Notes under the pieces: model-generated
What the model saw: only the letters and a program-made list of their open reading frames with translations
What the model was told of the DNA's origin: nothing
Databases searched by the model: none
In this document: piece by piece, positions 1 through 10,277 of the stretch
Layout of the letters: the number at the start of each line of letters is the position of its first letter
Numbering within the stretch: the stretch's first letter is position 1
Position numbers and translations under genes: made by a program
Virus record (IMG/VR): IMGVR_UViG_3300042564_007246
Source of the DNA: an uncultured virus (IMG/VR IMGVR_UViG_3300042564_007246)
Taxonomy: Duplodnaviria; Heunggongvirae; Uroviricota; Caudoviricetes
DNA length: 64,000 bases
Strand: one strand, 5' to 3'

Positions 1-1420
1 CAGCCATAAACATAGGATCTTGAGAAGATGCACCAAATTCAGCCCCATATTGCATTTGAAATTCTGATGGATTTTTCTTTTTTTCGTTATCTAAAAATTC
101 TTTCCCAATATTCGGATTTGCTAACCATGTTGGCAATCTCATTATCAAAGTCGTAGGATCTTCAACTCTGTTTTCATGCAAGTCGTGCAATAACCCAATA
201 GGTCCTTTGGGGTTTGAAAGCATCATCATCTTTCCGTCTTTTCCAAAGGTTGCAAGAGATGGCTTCAAATCATCATATAATGCGTAATCTAATCCTGAAT
301 CGGGATTATCACCTGCCATAGCAGCAATTTCGTCCATGATTATGCACCAGCAAGTTAGACCAACAAGACCTGATGCACTTGAAGAACCACATTTTAAAGT
401 TAAAGAACCAGAAAATGGATTTAACCCTTGAGCAGTACGGCGTTCATTTTCCTTAATATCATGGTCTGTAAGGAATCTCATTTCAAGTTCAGTGTCTTTG
501 CCAATAAATGGATTGAAATATGGCGAGGCTAGTACTGTTTGTTTGATTTTTGAGAAGATAGCATTCTTTGCTTGTTCTTCATTTTTAGCAACATTCAATA
601 AAACAATTTGATCAAATTCCATTAAACCATATCTGGCTTGTGGATGACCCATAGAAATCAATCTGTACAGTTCATAAAGTGCAATAGCTGAGACTAAGAA
701 TGATTTTCCACTACGTCTTCCAAGTACCAGTACAAGTTCTTGAAATTTGTATCTATTTGTACATTTCTCGTATATTTGATGTCTTAGTTTGGAATCTATT
801 TCATCAGAAAACAAAAGATCTTTTTCTGATTGAAAACCATCAATAACAGGTCTATCTGATAATTTATCTACAAGTCTGATTGCATCAAAGTTTGTAGCTT
901 CTTCTTTTGCATCTTCATATCTTTTTATTCTGACATCATCATCTAAATTAACGCATTCAAGACATGGAGAGTTATCAACTGTAAAAAGTGGTTTTACTAT
1001 TTTACCAAGTTTCTTTTTTCTTAAAGTATCTTCCTCATTGTCCTTGATATGTTTCCAAACGCACCCTTCGCATCCATTTCTTTCTTCTAAAGGAACATCT
1101 TGAATTTCTAAATTTTCATTTCCTTCTTGCCCCATATAAAAACACTTGAGAATCAATCTTTGCCAAGGATGTGGCTTCAGATTACAAAAATAAGGGTGTT
1201 CTATAAATGTTATGATGTCTACGATTTGATCAGGGTTAAATCTTGTCTTCTCTGGTTTTTTTGGAGGGGATATATCAGTTCTGGCACTTGGCAAAATGAT
1301 ATCGTCAAACTCAGATGCATAGCCAGTGTCTTTGAAGAATTGAGAAACTTCATTAGCTTGCTGCATAAGTTGACTTTTGAGGTCATGTTGCGCTAATTTC
1401 TGCGGATTTGGTTTTCTCAT
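1..1420 (-). CDS. terL: Terminase large subunit (partial; continues beyond window start)
   Basis: Not in ORF track. Translated by hand from ATG at 1420 (MRKPNPQKLAQ...), open to the window edge. Shows KPHPWQ (Q-motif), Walker A LVLGRRSGKS, NVAKNEEQA, Walker B IIMDEIA, coupling motif LSNP and downstream FQMQYGAEF. Confidence 0.9.
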   Translation of the reverse strand, partial: MRKPNPQKLAQHDLKSQLMQQANEVSQFFKDTGYASEFDDIILPSARTDISPPKKPEKTRFNPDQIVDIITFIEHPYFCNLKPHPWQRLILKCFYMGQEGNENLEIQDVPLEERNGCEGCVWKHIKDNEEDTLRKKKLGKIVKPLFTVDNSPCLECVNLDDDVRIKRYEDAKEEATNFDAIRLVDKLSDRPVIDGFQSEKDLLFSDEIDSKLRHQIYEKCTNRYKFQELVLVLGRRSGKSFLVSAIALYELYRLISMGHPQARYGLMEFDQIVLLNVAKNEEQAKNAIFSKIKQTVLASPYFNPFIGKDTELEMRFLTDHDIKENERRTAQGLNPFSGSLTLKCGSSSASGLVGLTCWCIIMDEIAAMAGDNPDSGLDYALYDDLKPSLATFGKDGKMMMLSNPKGPIGLLHDLHENRVEDPTTLIMRLPTWLANPNIGKEFLDNEKKKNPSEFQMQYGAEFGASSQDPMFMA

Positions 1421-2109
1421 TAGTTGTCAGATTGAATTTTGCTCTTCAGGGTTTGTATTTCTTCCCTAATAATTCTTTTATCAGTTTCAGAATCCATTTT
1501 TTCATGGAGTTTGACAAGTACATCAAAAATATTTATAGCATAGATACCTTGATTATCTCTTGCTTCTTTTAGATATAAAATTTTTGTAATTAGTTTTTCA
1601 ACCATTGCTGCTCTTTTGAGCTTCATATCATTATTTTTGGAACAATCCATTCCACGAACATCGTCAAGCTCCACAAGTAAAGCTGTAAGTGCTAATTGAT
1701 GTTCTCTAAAAATCCAAGGAGCAATTAATTCTTCTCTTTGCTCATAATTCTTCAGACCTGAAGTTGCAATTTTCTTAAAATCACAATGCTGGTCCATGTG
1801 TGTGTTAACTTGAACCCAGTTAAGTTTTGCATCAAAATACTTGTGGAAAAAATTGATTACTGATTGTGGCTTTTTACCACTTTCAAGATATACATGTTCA
1901 GCTAAGTCTCTAAAAGCTGAAGTACAAAGTGAACATCTTGGTTCAATAAACTGAGGATATTGAATATCACTCATATTGTCAGGAGGAAGAGGAGATAAGG
2001 GTCTATCTCCTTCTTTCAAATCCTTGAACATTCTAGAAGGTTTATCTATTGTTTTATCTACAGCAGGAATGATAGCATCAACAATCTCTTCTTTATTATT
2101 ATCTTGCAT
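1420..2109 (-). CDS. Hypothetical Zn-binding protein, candidate terminase small subunit
   Basis: CxxC...HxxxHC plus a helical C-terminus. Stop overlaps the terL start (TAATG). Start moved to MQDNN at 2109. TerS assignment is positional only. Confidence 0.4.
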   Translation of the reverse strand: MQDNNKEEIVDAIIPAVDKTIDKPSRMFKDLKEGDRPLSPLPPDNMSDIQYPQFIEPRCSLCTSAFRDLAEHVYLESGKKPQSVINFFHKYFDAKLNWVQVNTHMDQHCDFKKIATSGLKNYEQREELIAPWIFREHQLALTALLVELDDVRGMDCSKNNDMKLKRAAMVEKLITKILYLKEARDNQGIYAINIFDVLVKLHEKMDSETDKRIIREEIQTLKSKIQSDN

Positions 2110-2174
2110 AATGGCTTTATACAAAGCAGAACAAGCCACTACTAGAGCGGCTTGTGCATTTTTTAGGATGAATA

Positions 2175-2888
2175 CTAATCAGATAGCGCTCTTTTAAGTC
2201 TCAAATATGGAGAGACTTGATCAGCAGCAGAAACTATATACTCATCTGCGATGCCGAAATCTGCATAATTTCCTTTTGTAAATTTTTCACTTGTTGATGT
2301 TCCATTTGATAAATCTACTTCTGCTGAACCTTTTCTCATGCTTACAACATATTTATTTGAAGATGCAGTTTTAATTTCTGCACTTTCTTTTTGAGCAATT
2401 AACACTGAATTTAACAATGCTTCTTCTACCCAAGGTTTTAATGCTACATGCAAATGTCCCTTGCCTTGATCAGAAGATTTAGCAATTTCAGCAACTCTTT
2501 GCCAAAATCCTAAACCACGCTCATCAGCTTTTACGATTGAATATGTACCTGAACAAAGTCTTTTTACAAATTCTCTTGCACTGTATTTTTCAAGTGATTT
2601 TTCAATTACCGGAATACAATCTGCATATTTTGTTGGAACTATAGCGACACTAATAACTTCTTTTTGAGCAGATGTAGGCTCATTAAATAAATTAGAAGCA
2701 ACTCTGTCTGCTAATTCTAAATCGAAATTGTCTGCAGCTAATAACTCTACAACTTCTGATTTGGAAAATCCTTGGCTAGCATATTTTTCAGCTTGGGAAC
2801 TGGCTACAACAAATGCGCCATCACTAAGTGTACGCAACTCATTGCGCCAATTATAAATCATGTCATCGGATATGTTTTTTTCAACCAC
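2175..2888 (-). CDS. Hypothetical phage protein
   Basis: Probable GTG start at 2888 behind an AAGGGGAG Shine-Dalgarno. The longer ORF-track N-terminus looks like non-coding sequence. Confidence 0.6.
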   Translation of the reverse strand: MVEKNISDDMIYNWRNELRTLSDGAFVVASSQAEKYASQGFSKSEVVELLAADNFDLELADRVASNLFNEPTSAQKEVISVAIVPTKYADCIPVIEKSLEKYSAREFVKRLCSGTYSIVKADERGLGFWQRVAEIAKSSDQGKGHLHVALKPWVEEALLNSVLIAQKESAEIKTASSNKYVVSMRKGSAEVDLSNGTSTSEKFTKGNYADFGIADEYIVSAADQVSPYLRLKRALSD

Positions 2889-3036
2889 AGTGACTTCTCC
2901 CCTTTTAAATAAAAATAACCCTAGACAAGAATGTTGTATGTCAAGGGTTTTTGTGGAACATATCAATATAATACAAAGAATTATAAAATATATTCCATAG
3001 GTAATTATAGTTAGATTGTAAAATAATATCAGTATT

Positions 3037-5850
3037 ATGTGGAATTTTAGCATTCATAAAAAAACTGTAAAGGCAATGGAAGCCTTTGATGTCTTAAGTA
3101 GTGAGGGTATCGATTGGACTGGTTCATTCCAGGATACATTTAAAAAATACAATTTTAACTCTCATGATAAAATGCCTACCGTTTATGACCTAATAAATTT
3201 TATTAAGTATGCTAAAAATACAAGAATCTTGGATATTTATTCAAGAGATAAAAATAAAGGTTCTGATCTTAGATGGTTTTGCAAACAATTAATTACGTTT
3301 GTAGTTGATCAGCTTAGGCACACTGGATCTCCAAACGCAGACACACTTATCATTACTAATTTCTTAGCTCAATGTGCAAAAAATTATGAAACTGATAATC
3401 CTTATAATAAAATCGAAATTGGCACACCAGTTTCAAGTGAAAAAGCAATGACAATGTCAATGAAAAATTTAATTTCAATGAGATACGAAACATTGAATTT
3501 ATTAACTGCAAATAATATTAACATTGAAAATAGTTGCATGATGTACATCATGAGAGGTGACGATGTCAAAAATCATGGTGTTAATGCAGATGATTATGCT
3601 AGAAATCAGATAATAGAACGTGCAATTGATAAATATCCTAAACTTGGATATTTTAAATCTTTAGACAGTGTTTTATTTTATTTGAAAAGTGACATAGCCA
3701 CAAAAGATAATTTGTTAGAAATTTCTGATTATCTTAAATCATTTTCTCTTTCTGGTTTGAAATTTACAGATTTATTTTCTTTTGTAGATGGATTGACAGG
3801 ATCTAGTTTAGATGGAAAATCTATTAAAGATATTATTTATAATGTCCAGACTGATGATCAATTAGAAATATATCTTTATCTAAGAAACAAAGTGGTTAAA
3901 AATAATAATGATTATGAAATAACCAAATCTCTTTTAGAGATTGTTTATAAATTTTTATCTTCATTTTACTTAACTAAATCTAATATCGAAAAATTATTAA
4001 AAGATGATATGTTTGTTGAATATTGTCAAAATCAAGGCGAAAATATAAAAGATCTATGGTTGTATAAGGGTTTTTCAACAGTTGAAGTAATGCAAAACTA
4101 CTTAACAAAAAATCCTGAAAAAATTAAGAATTTCTCAGAAGATGCATTGGCAAGATTAAACGCTACATCACTCCAAAATATTAATCAATCAGCAATTGAA
4201 GCTCAACAATCAATTTTAAAAGATGGACTGTCTTTATTACAAAATGCTATAGACACAAATGTAATTAAGAAACTAGATCCTTTTGTAAGAGATTTTAATC
4301 GTGATTACTCATCAGAATATAAAAAGCCTGAAAAACCTTCAAATGCATCTCCAGAAGAAATGAAAGAATATGAATTGCAGGTTTCTGCAGCAAAAATCTT
4401 TACAGAATGGCAAATTAGTTATTTAGACAGAATGGAGCAAGAAAGATTATTTACATCTATTTCTAAAGAAGATTTGGAAAAATATGCATCTAATATGATA
4501 ATTCTAGAATTTGATGCAAATCAATTAAAAGTTTTTTTAGAATCAAAAAATATTACCAAATTTCAAATTCAAGGTGTAGATTTTGTAAGTGGATTATGGA
4601 GAGGTTTATTTGTACCAAGGTTTCCTACACCTTCAGGACAACCTGTTCCAGCAATTGTAATTAGAACTGATGCATATGACTCTTTAGAACATCATAAACA
4701 GCTATCAGAAAATTTAGGATTTGAAGCTTTTAGGTTTACAGAATCTACTAGAAGACATGAAATTGCACATGCATTACAATATCTTGCTGTTGGTGATGTT
4801 ATGCTAATGGAACCGCAAGAATTAAATCCAGAGCTTACTGAAGGTGAAGCTTATATTATGGATCCGGCAGAATTGTATGCAAGAGTACATGGAGATATTC
4901 CTTATTTATATAATTTATTTGATTCTAGAATTAGAAATCTAACTGTTTCTAAAAAAATATATGAAGCTGCTAAAGAACAATGGATTCACGACATTGTTAA
5001 TGAAAAAATACACTTAATGTCTGGTGGTACTAATCTAAGAAGATTAATGATGCAAGATGAAACACCAGAATTTAGAAAAGAAAATTTTGGTAAATTAAAA
5101 AAATCTGATGGAACAGAAATTGAACTACCAGACCCTCTTGAGGCTATATCAAAAATTCTTGCAAGGCAAAGAATAAAACTTGAAATGATTTTTCATGATT
5201 TATTTACAGTTGCTGATAAAAGAGAAAAAAGAAAAGGTTTGATTAGCAAAAAGAATAGACTTAAAAAACAATTAGAAAGTCTTCCTGAATACGAATATTT
5301 AAAAAGAATTAATCTCGAGAAGGAACTTTATGAAGCAGAAACTGATTTGATAAAAGTTGGTCAAGAACTTATTGTTGATGTTGAAAATGTATCTACTTCT
5401 GTTTTAAAAGGTTATTTGAAAGATTATTTTACAAAAATAAGCAATGCTGTAGCTGAAGGTTTATTAGGACCCGATGTCCTGAATGTAGATGATCCTGATA
5501 GACCTAAATCTTCAGAAAAACCATCCGTCGAACCTGAATTGCCTACAGCTTCCGATATTTCTGATATTACTGAATTTATGATTGGACAATCTAAACCAAT
5601 TCCTGGTGGAAGAAAAATTGATGAAATTATTCCATCATTCATGGGCAAGGCTTTACCAGCTGATTCTTGGACTTGGGAAAAGGGGACGGATCCAAATAGT
5701 CCAGAAAACAGAAAAAGACCTAAGGGAAATTTTCCAGGAATAGAGCCTGTAAAGCCAATGCCTCAATCTAAAATAACTATTGATGCAGATGATCCATTCA
5801 AGACAGATAAAACTGCGTCAGTCTATAATCATAACAGATCAAAAAGATAA
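3037..5850 (+). CDS. Large protein with zincin-type HExxH motif, possible virion/internal protein
   Basis: 937-aa ORF with RRHEIAHALQ and a downstream Y..DPAELYAR as candidate third ligand region. Confidence 0.5.
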   Translation: MWNFSIHKKTVKAMEAFDVLSSEGIDWTGSFQDTFKKYNFNSHDKMPTVYDLINFIKYAKNTRILDIYSRDKNKGSDLRWFCKQLITFVVDQLRHTGSPNADTLIITNFLAQCAKNYETDNPYNKIEIGTPVSSEKAMTMSMKNLISMRYETLNLLTANNINIENSCMMYIMRGDDVKNHGVNADDYARNQIIERAIDKYPKLGYFKSLDSVLFYLKSDIATKDNLLEISDYLKSFSLSGLKFTDLFSFVDGLTGSSLDGKSIKDIIYNVQTDDQLEIYLYLRNKVVKNNNDYEITKSLLEIVYKFLSSFYLTKSNIEKLLKDDMFVEYCQNQGENIKDLWLYKGFSTVEVMQNYLTKNPEKIKNFSEDALARLNATSLQNINQSAIEAQQSILKDGLSLLQNAIDTNVIKKLDPFVRDFNRDYSSEYKKPEKPSNASPEEMKEYELQVSAAKIFTEWQISYLDRMEQERLFTSISKEDLEKYASNMIILEFDANQLKVFLESKNITKFQIQGVDFVSGLWRGLFVPRFPTPSGQPVPAIVIRTDAYDSLEHHKQLSENLGFEAFRFTESTRRHEIAHALQYLAVGDVMLMEPQELNPELTEGEAYIMDPAELYARVHGDIPYLYNLFDSRIRNLTVSKKIYEAAKEQWIHDIVNEKIHLMSGGTNLRRLMMQDETPEFRKENFGKLKKSDGTEIELPDPLEAISKILARQRIKLEMIFHDLFTVADKREKRKGLISKKNRLKKQLESLPEYEYLKRINLEKELYEAETDLIKVGQELIVDVENVSTSVLKGYLKDYFTKISNAVAEGLLGPDVLNVDDPDRPKSSEKPSVEPELPTASDISDITEFMIGQSKPIPGGRKIDEIIPSFMGKALPADSWTWEKGTDPNSPENRKRPKGNFPGIEPVKPMPQSKITIDADDPFKTDKTASVYNHNRSKR

Positions 5851-6420
5851 AAAATCTTCTCCCAAGATAACTTTGATATTTCCCAAGGCTCTCTGCAATC
5901 TTTTAGAGAAAGAACTTTGGGAAATATTTAGCTTTAACGATGCTTCTTCTTGATCTAAACCTTCAAAAAAATAAAGCTCAATTGCTTCTTTTTGTTTTTC
6001 ATTTAACTTATTTATTGCAGAATGTAGTGAAATAACAGTTTCAATCCTGTTGAATGGATCAGTGGAATGTTCTTCAACAACTACATCGCTTTCATAGTCA
6101 GCATGATCTAAATATTTATCGACACAAGATCTATATAAGTTGATATCTATTCTTGTTGATAAAAAATATGAGAAATAAGTAAGATTTGGATTGTACTGAT
6201 CAACTATTTTTTTAAGAACTAATAAAGATTCTTGAAGCATATCTTCTCGATATGGTGACAATTTCAATTCTTTTTGAATACATCTTTGTATTGCACAAAT
6301 AAATAATGGCTTGTAGAAATCATATAATTCTCCTAAAGCAGAGCCATCATTGTCTTTTACTTTTGAAATAAGTTCATTTATATATTCGTAGCGATCTTCA
6401 TACACAAAAATTTTATACAC
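5839..6420 (-). CDS. Sigma-70 family (ECF-like) RNA polymerase sigma factor
   Basis: Region 2 (REDMLQE...FSYFL) and region 4 (LNEKQKEAIELYFFEGLDQEEASLKLNISQSSFSKRLQRAL). Confidence 0.85.
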   Translation of the reverse strand: MYKIFVYEDRYEYINELISKVKDNDGSALGELYDFYKPLFICAIQRCIQKELKLSPYREDMLQESLLVLKKIVDQYNPNLTYFSYFLSTRIDINLYRSCVDKYLDHADYESDVVVEEHSTDPFNRIETVISLHSAINKLNEKQKEAIELYFFEGLDQEEASLKLNISQSSFSKRLQRALGNIKVILGEDFLSF

Positions 6421-7417
6421 TAAGGATTTTATTAATCATCAAGAATAATGAATGATTTTTAGAGCCACTATTTCTCAAATCCTTAATTGTATATACTACT
6501 TGCTCAATCATGTATGCTATTTTAGCAACAGAAGGTGTTGTTTTACCCATCTGAATCTTTATTCGGATTGGATTCTGAGTTTTGATTATAAACTCACTAG
6601 GGACCCAATTTTCGCCCAAATATTTGCCTAATAAATCTTTACATTCTAAAATCTCTGCAACTTTATTAGCATCATAAATATTTTTTTCTTTACAGTCTGA
6701 AACTACTAATAAAAAATATAGCTGTGAAAGCAAAATTAATAGCAAACCTTGTTCGCCAATTGCGCTGCATAGATTGTTGCATGTATCGTACACATCTTCA
6801 TTTTTATTAATCAAGTGATCAATAAATTCAAAAATATCAGTGTTGTTGTCAAAAAGAGAATTTTCAATGTCTTCAAGTTTTACTTCATTCTTAACAGATG
6901 CATGCTTTCTAAGTTCTTGAAATAATAAATCAAGATCGTAAACAATTTTCTCTTTCTTATTGCCAGCAGTTTTAGATTTTATTCTGTATGTTGGACAATT
7001 ATTTATTATCCATTCATAACATGGCTGATCTATTTTTATATCTAAACTTTTTACTTCTTTGTAGCAACATCTTTTGAGAGATTGAACATCGCCAAACATC
7101 GGAAAAGAATAATCAAATATTTTTCCAGATTTTTTTATTTTTGAAATAAAACTATTTCTACCATCAAAACTTTCATCATCGAAAAACAAATGGTATTGGT
7201 TGTTGTTCAGTTGTCCTATGATTTTTATTTGATCATTGCTTGGATTATCTACTAAAAATAGTTTGTCTGAATCGAAAAACTTAGAGTAATTCTTTATTTG
7301 AGATTCTAAATTGAAGACACTTACAATTGTATATCCAGGATGACTGCTAGACAACTGTTGTAATGCCATTGGCTTTGAACCAATAAAAATAGAACTCTCA
7401 GATAATACTACGCTCAT
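6413..7417 (-). CDS. holA: DNA polymerase III delta subunit-like (clamp loader)
   Basis: 334 aa with DGRNSFISKIKK, DLDLLFQELRK and DIFEFIDHL patterns typical of HolA; adjacent to the beta clamp. Confidence 0.6.
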   Translation of the reverse strand: MSVVLSESSIFIGSKPMALQQLSSSHPGYTIVSVFNLESQIKNYSKFFDSDKLFLVDNPSNDQIKIIGQLNNNQYHLFFDDESFDGRNSFISKIKKSGKIFDYSFPMFGDVQSLKRCCYKEVKSLDIKIDQPCYEWIINNCPTYRIKSKTAGNKKEKIVYDLDLLFQELRKHASVKNEVKLEDIENSLFDNNTDIFEFIDHLINKNEDVYDTCNNLCSAIGEQGLLLILLSQLYFLLVVSDCKEKNIYDANKVAEILECKDLLGKYLGENWVPSEFIIKTQNPIRIKIQMGKTTPSVAKIAYMIEQVVYTIKDLRNSGSKNHSLFLMINKILSV

Positions 7418-7419
7418 AT

Positions 7420-8532
7420 CTACTCCATTGGGAACATTATATGATTGAAATTATCTGATTGCAAAATACATATTGTATATGAATTGAAATCATAAAATTT
7501 AGCACTTATATTTTCTTGATTTATGACTTCCAATATTTTCATAAAATGATTTGTAAGATAAGAAACATTCAAATCTTCTAATTCTTCATCAAAAGTAATC
7601 TTGTCTGCTGCACCACCAGAAATATCACCTGAACTTGTTAAGATAATTTCTTTATTTTTAGTTGATAAATTAAACAAGTGAGAACCTGAAATATTGTTTA
7701 TGAACTTCAAAGATTTTAGAAATTCACTTTTAGATACATCTATTGTTGTGATATATTTTGAATCAAAAAATCTCTTGAATCCATTATGAACACTTTGGTA
7801 TGAGTTTACTTCAAGATTGGTGCAAAAATAATTACCATTATTACGGATAATTAGTTTGTTTTTATGTATTGAAAATTTTGAATTACTGTCAACAAAGTTT
7901 AATGACAACTCAGCTTGATTTTTACTTAGTAAGAAGGACTGTTCATTTTCATATTTTTTGCCATAAACAGAAATTCTGTGCTTATCTGAAGATTGAGCGT
8001 TGAACTTATTTTCAGAAATAAAGAACATTATAGATGAATATGGGTGCTCTTCAAAATCTGGAGCACATGAAAATGATGTAAACTTGATAGCATTATGAAA
8101 ACTAGTTGAGTCATATTTTACGAAATCAATATTATCATTTATAAAAAATTCATTAGATATTTTATTTTCAAGGCTGTCTGCTTTTGATGTTTTTAACGAT
8201 ACTCTGGTTTTTTTGTTTCCAAAAACCAATTGATTGTCTGACTCAACGAATGCGAATTGAATTTCATCAGTTGGAAAGTTCGTAAATGCATTTGTAAAAA
8301 TATTACAATCTATAGCAAAATCAATAAAATCATCATCAAAATCACATAGGTAAGTATATGCTGCAGAAACACCAGTACTTAGGTATATGAACAACTTATT
8401 GTCATGTGCATGAAAAATAAGACTATCGCCATTGATACTCTTATTTTCACGAGTTGATAATTTCAGTTTATCAATTTTATTGAATAACTGAAACTTCTCT
8501 AAGTGCTCAGACTTTTTAAGTTTAAATTTCAA
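7420..8532 (-). CDS. dnaN: DNA polymerase III beta sliding clamp
   Basis: 370 aa; SSDKHRIS matches the canonical ATDGHRL motif; C-terminal HIMFPM matches the canonical YxxMPM. Confidence 0.75.
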   Translation of the reverse strand: MKFKLKKSEHLEKFQLFNKIDKLKLSTRENKSINGDSLIFHAHDNKLFIYLSTGVSAAYTYLCDFDDDFIDFAIDCNIFTNAFTNFPTDEIQFAFVESDNQLVFGNKKTRVSLKTSKADSLENKISNEFFINDNIDFVKYDSTSFHNAIKFTSFSCAPDFEEHPYSSIMFFISENKFNAQSSDKHRISVYGKKYENEQSFLLSKNQAELSLNFVDSNSKFSIHKNKLIIRNNGNYFCTNLEVNSYQSVHNGFKRFFDSKYITTIDVSKSEFLKSLKFINNISGSHLFNLSTKNKEIILTSSGDISGGAADKITFDEELEDLNVSYLTNHFMKILEVINQENISAKFYDFNSYTICILQSDNFNHIMFPME

Positions 8533-9524
8533 TGTAACTGCCCCTGGAATTCAATTTCAATACCTGGATTATATTTCGTAATCTGATTCATAAGACAAAG
8601 CATAAATGAACCTTCATCATCAACAAAATGTAATTTACCATCTTGATACCAGTCCCAGCCATTTTCAATCTGAGCTAAAACATCCATTTTGTTTACAATT
8701 AATTTAGTGATTCCATTCATTTGGCAAGCAGTATTTACTTCATCAACATTTAGCCAATCTATTTGTCTTGGTCTACCAGTAGTGGCTCCATATTCTTGAC
8801 CAACCTCACGCAGTTTTTCAAATCGCTCGTCGTGTTTTTGGTATCCTTTAGCTCCAACATAGGTAGAATAACATTTGATAACCCCGACAACATTCCGAAC
8901 TTGCTTAAAATTGAAACCATTATTTAATACTGCTCCTACTCCTGTATTTGACGATGTGACATAAGGATAATCGCCAAAGTCAACATCAAGCCAATAACCT
9001 TGAGCTCCTTCAGCTAAAAATTTCTTTGGGGAAGAATAAATCAAACTGTGCATATCAACAAGATATGGTTCTAATTCAGGAACATCTTTGGCACGAATTC
9101 CAGTACGGGCATACTTGTCTCTGTAACAAGGTCCGTTTCCAGTGCGAGTTGTTCCAATTTTTGTGTCTTTGGAATCTTCGTCAATGTGTTCTTGGGTAAT
9201 TATATGTGCGTTTTCTGCTATTTTAAGGATTGATGTGTCAAACCCAAATCCTTTAAGATACCCAAGTTCGTCAAATAATTTTTGCGTATTGATAACACAA
9301 CCATTACCGATGACACTAGGAATACCATGCAGAATACCACAAGGAACAAGATGCGTAACAATTTTCTCTCCATTGAGGTAAATTGTATGACCCGCATTTC
9401 CGCCTCCATTGAAACGGATAACGTAGTCATATTCACCAGATAAAGCCATTTGATTGGCTATTTTTCCTTTGCCTTCATCCCCATACTGCATACCGATAAC
9501 TACATCAACAATTGAAGTTTCCAT
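8529..9524 (-). CDS. purA: Adenylosuccinate synthetase (short ~330-aa type)
   Basis: GMQYGDEGKGK, GGGNAGHT, IGTT, EGAQG, GDYPYVTSS, EYGATTGRPR and NKMD motifs. Start placed at ATG 9524. Confidence 0.95.
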   Translation of the reverse strand: METSIVDVVIGMQYGDEGKGKIANQMALSGEYDYVIRFNGGGNAGHTIYLNGEKIVTHLVPCGILHGIPSVIGNGCVINTQKLFDELGYLKGFGFDTSILKIAENAHIITQEHIDEDSKDTKIGTTRTGNGPCYRDKYARTGIRAKDVPELEPYLVDMHSLIYSSPKKFLAEGAQGYWLDVDFGDYPYVTSSNTGVGAVLNNGFNFKQVRNVVGVIKCYSTYVGAKGYQKHDERFEKLREVGQEYGATTGRPRQIDWLNVDEVNTACQMNGITKLIVNKMDVLAQIENGWDWYQDGKLHFVDDEGSFMLCLMNQITKYNPGIEIEFQGQLH

Positions 9525-9530
9525 ACGCAC

Positions 9531-9559
9531 ATTCTACTTCATAGCAGAGATGTTAGCAA
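9531..9559 (-). promoter_or_regulatory. Sigma70-type promoter, leaderless, for purA
   Basis: TTGCTA-17 nt-TAGAAT, then 6 nt, then ATG. Confidence 0.7.
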
Positions 9560-9568
9560 GAGTTGTAT

Positions 9569-10240
9569 TTATTTTTTGTTCAGTGAATCGTTCTCATCCT
9601 TTTTGTATTGAGTGTACACTTCATTAGCTTTTTTACGAATTCTAGTAAGAGCATTATCAACACATTTGGGAGGAACATTTAATGAATTTGAAATTTCTTT
9701 GTAAGATGAATTCATTCCATATTCATTGAAAATTTCAGCTTCTAAAGGAGTTAGTTTATCAATTAGTTTCTTGGAAGTTAAATCATATTCTTCTCTTCCA
9801 ATAATATCAAGAACTAAATCGCACTCAGGAGATTCATCATATGGATTTTTCTTTTCAGGAATAAAATCAGCCAAAGTTTGGAGATTTCCATCGTCACCTA
9901 AAATAATAGGTGCATCTAAAGAAATAGAATCATTCAACACTGAATTTTTCATTCTTTTAGCACTTGCGATTGCTGTTGCTAAATGACGTTTACAGACTAG
10001 ATTGACACAAAAGTTTTTAAAAGTTGTATCTTTGGTTGGATCATAGGAATTAACAGCTTTGTAAACTCCCAACCGCAATTCTTGCATTACGTCTTCTCTA
10101 TCAGCACCTACTATAAAGTAATGGTTGCAGATTTTTTTAAGATCAGGCTCAACCATTTTCAAGAGGTAATTAAAAGATTTACTTTCTCCTCTTTTAGCTT
10201 TTCTAACGATGTCTACTATTCTTGGGTCTTCGGTTGCCAT
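9569..10240 (-). CDS. sigH: SigH (Spo0H)-like sigma factor
   Basis: YFIVGADREDVMQE...TFKNF...KRHLATAI..A.R.K...LN.SISLD and SYKEIS...KCVDNALTRIRKK closely follow Bacillota SigH. Confidence 0.85.
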   Translation of the reverse strand: MATEDPRIVDIVRKAKRGESKSFNYLLKMVEPDLKKICNHYFIVGADREDVMQELRLGVYKAVNSYDPTKDTTFKNFCVNLVCKRHLATAIASAKRMKNSVLNDSISLDAPIILGDDGNLQTLADFIPEKKNPYDESPECDLVLDIIGREEYDLTSKKLIDKLTPLEAEIFNEYGMNSSYKEISNSLNVPPKCVDNALTRIRKKANEVYTQYKKDENDSLNKK

Positions 10241-10277
10241 TTTTTTCCCGAAGGCACTTTACTTTTTACAATACTAT

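Noticed and set aside
2917..2949. Sigma70 promoter at the TTGACA inside the hairpin upstream of ORF 2888
   Set aside because: No -10 box at 16-18 nt; the imperfect inverted repeat is real but its function is unsupported.
8529..9524. PurZ (2-aminoadenine Z-genome pathway)
   Set aside because: The catalytic motif is GDEGKG with the PurA Asp, not the Ser variant of PurZ, and no dATPase/MazZ partner is recognisable.
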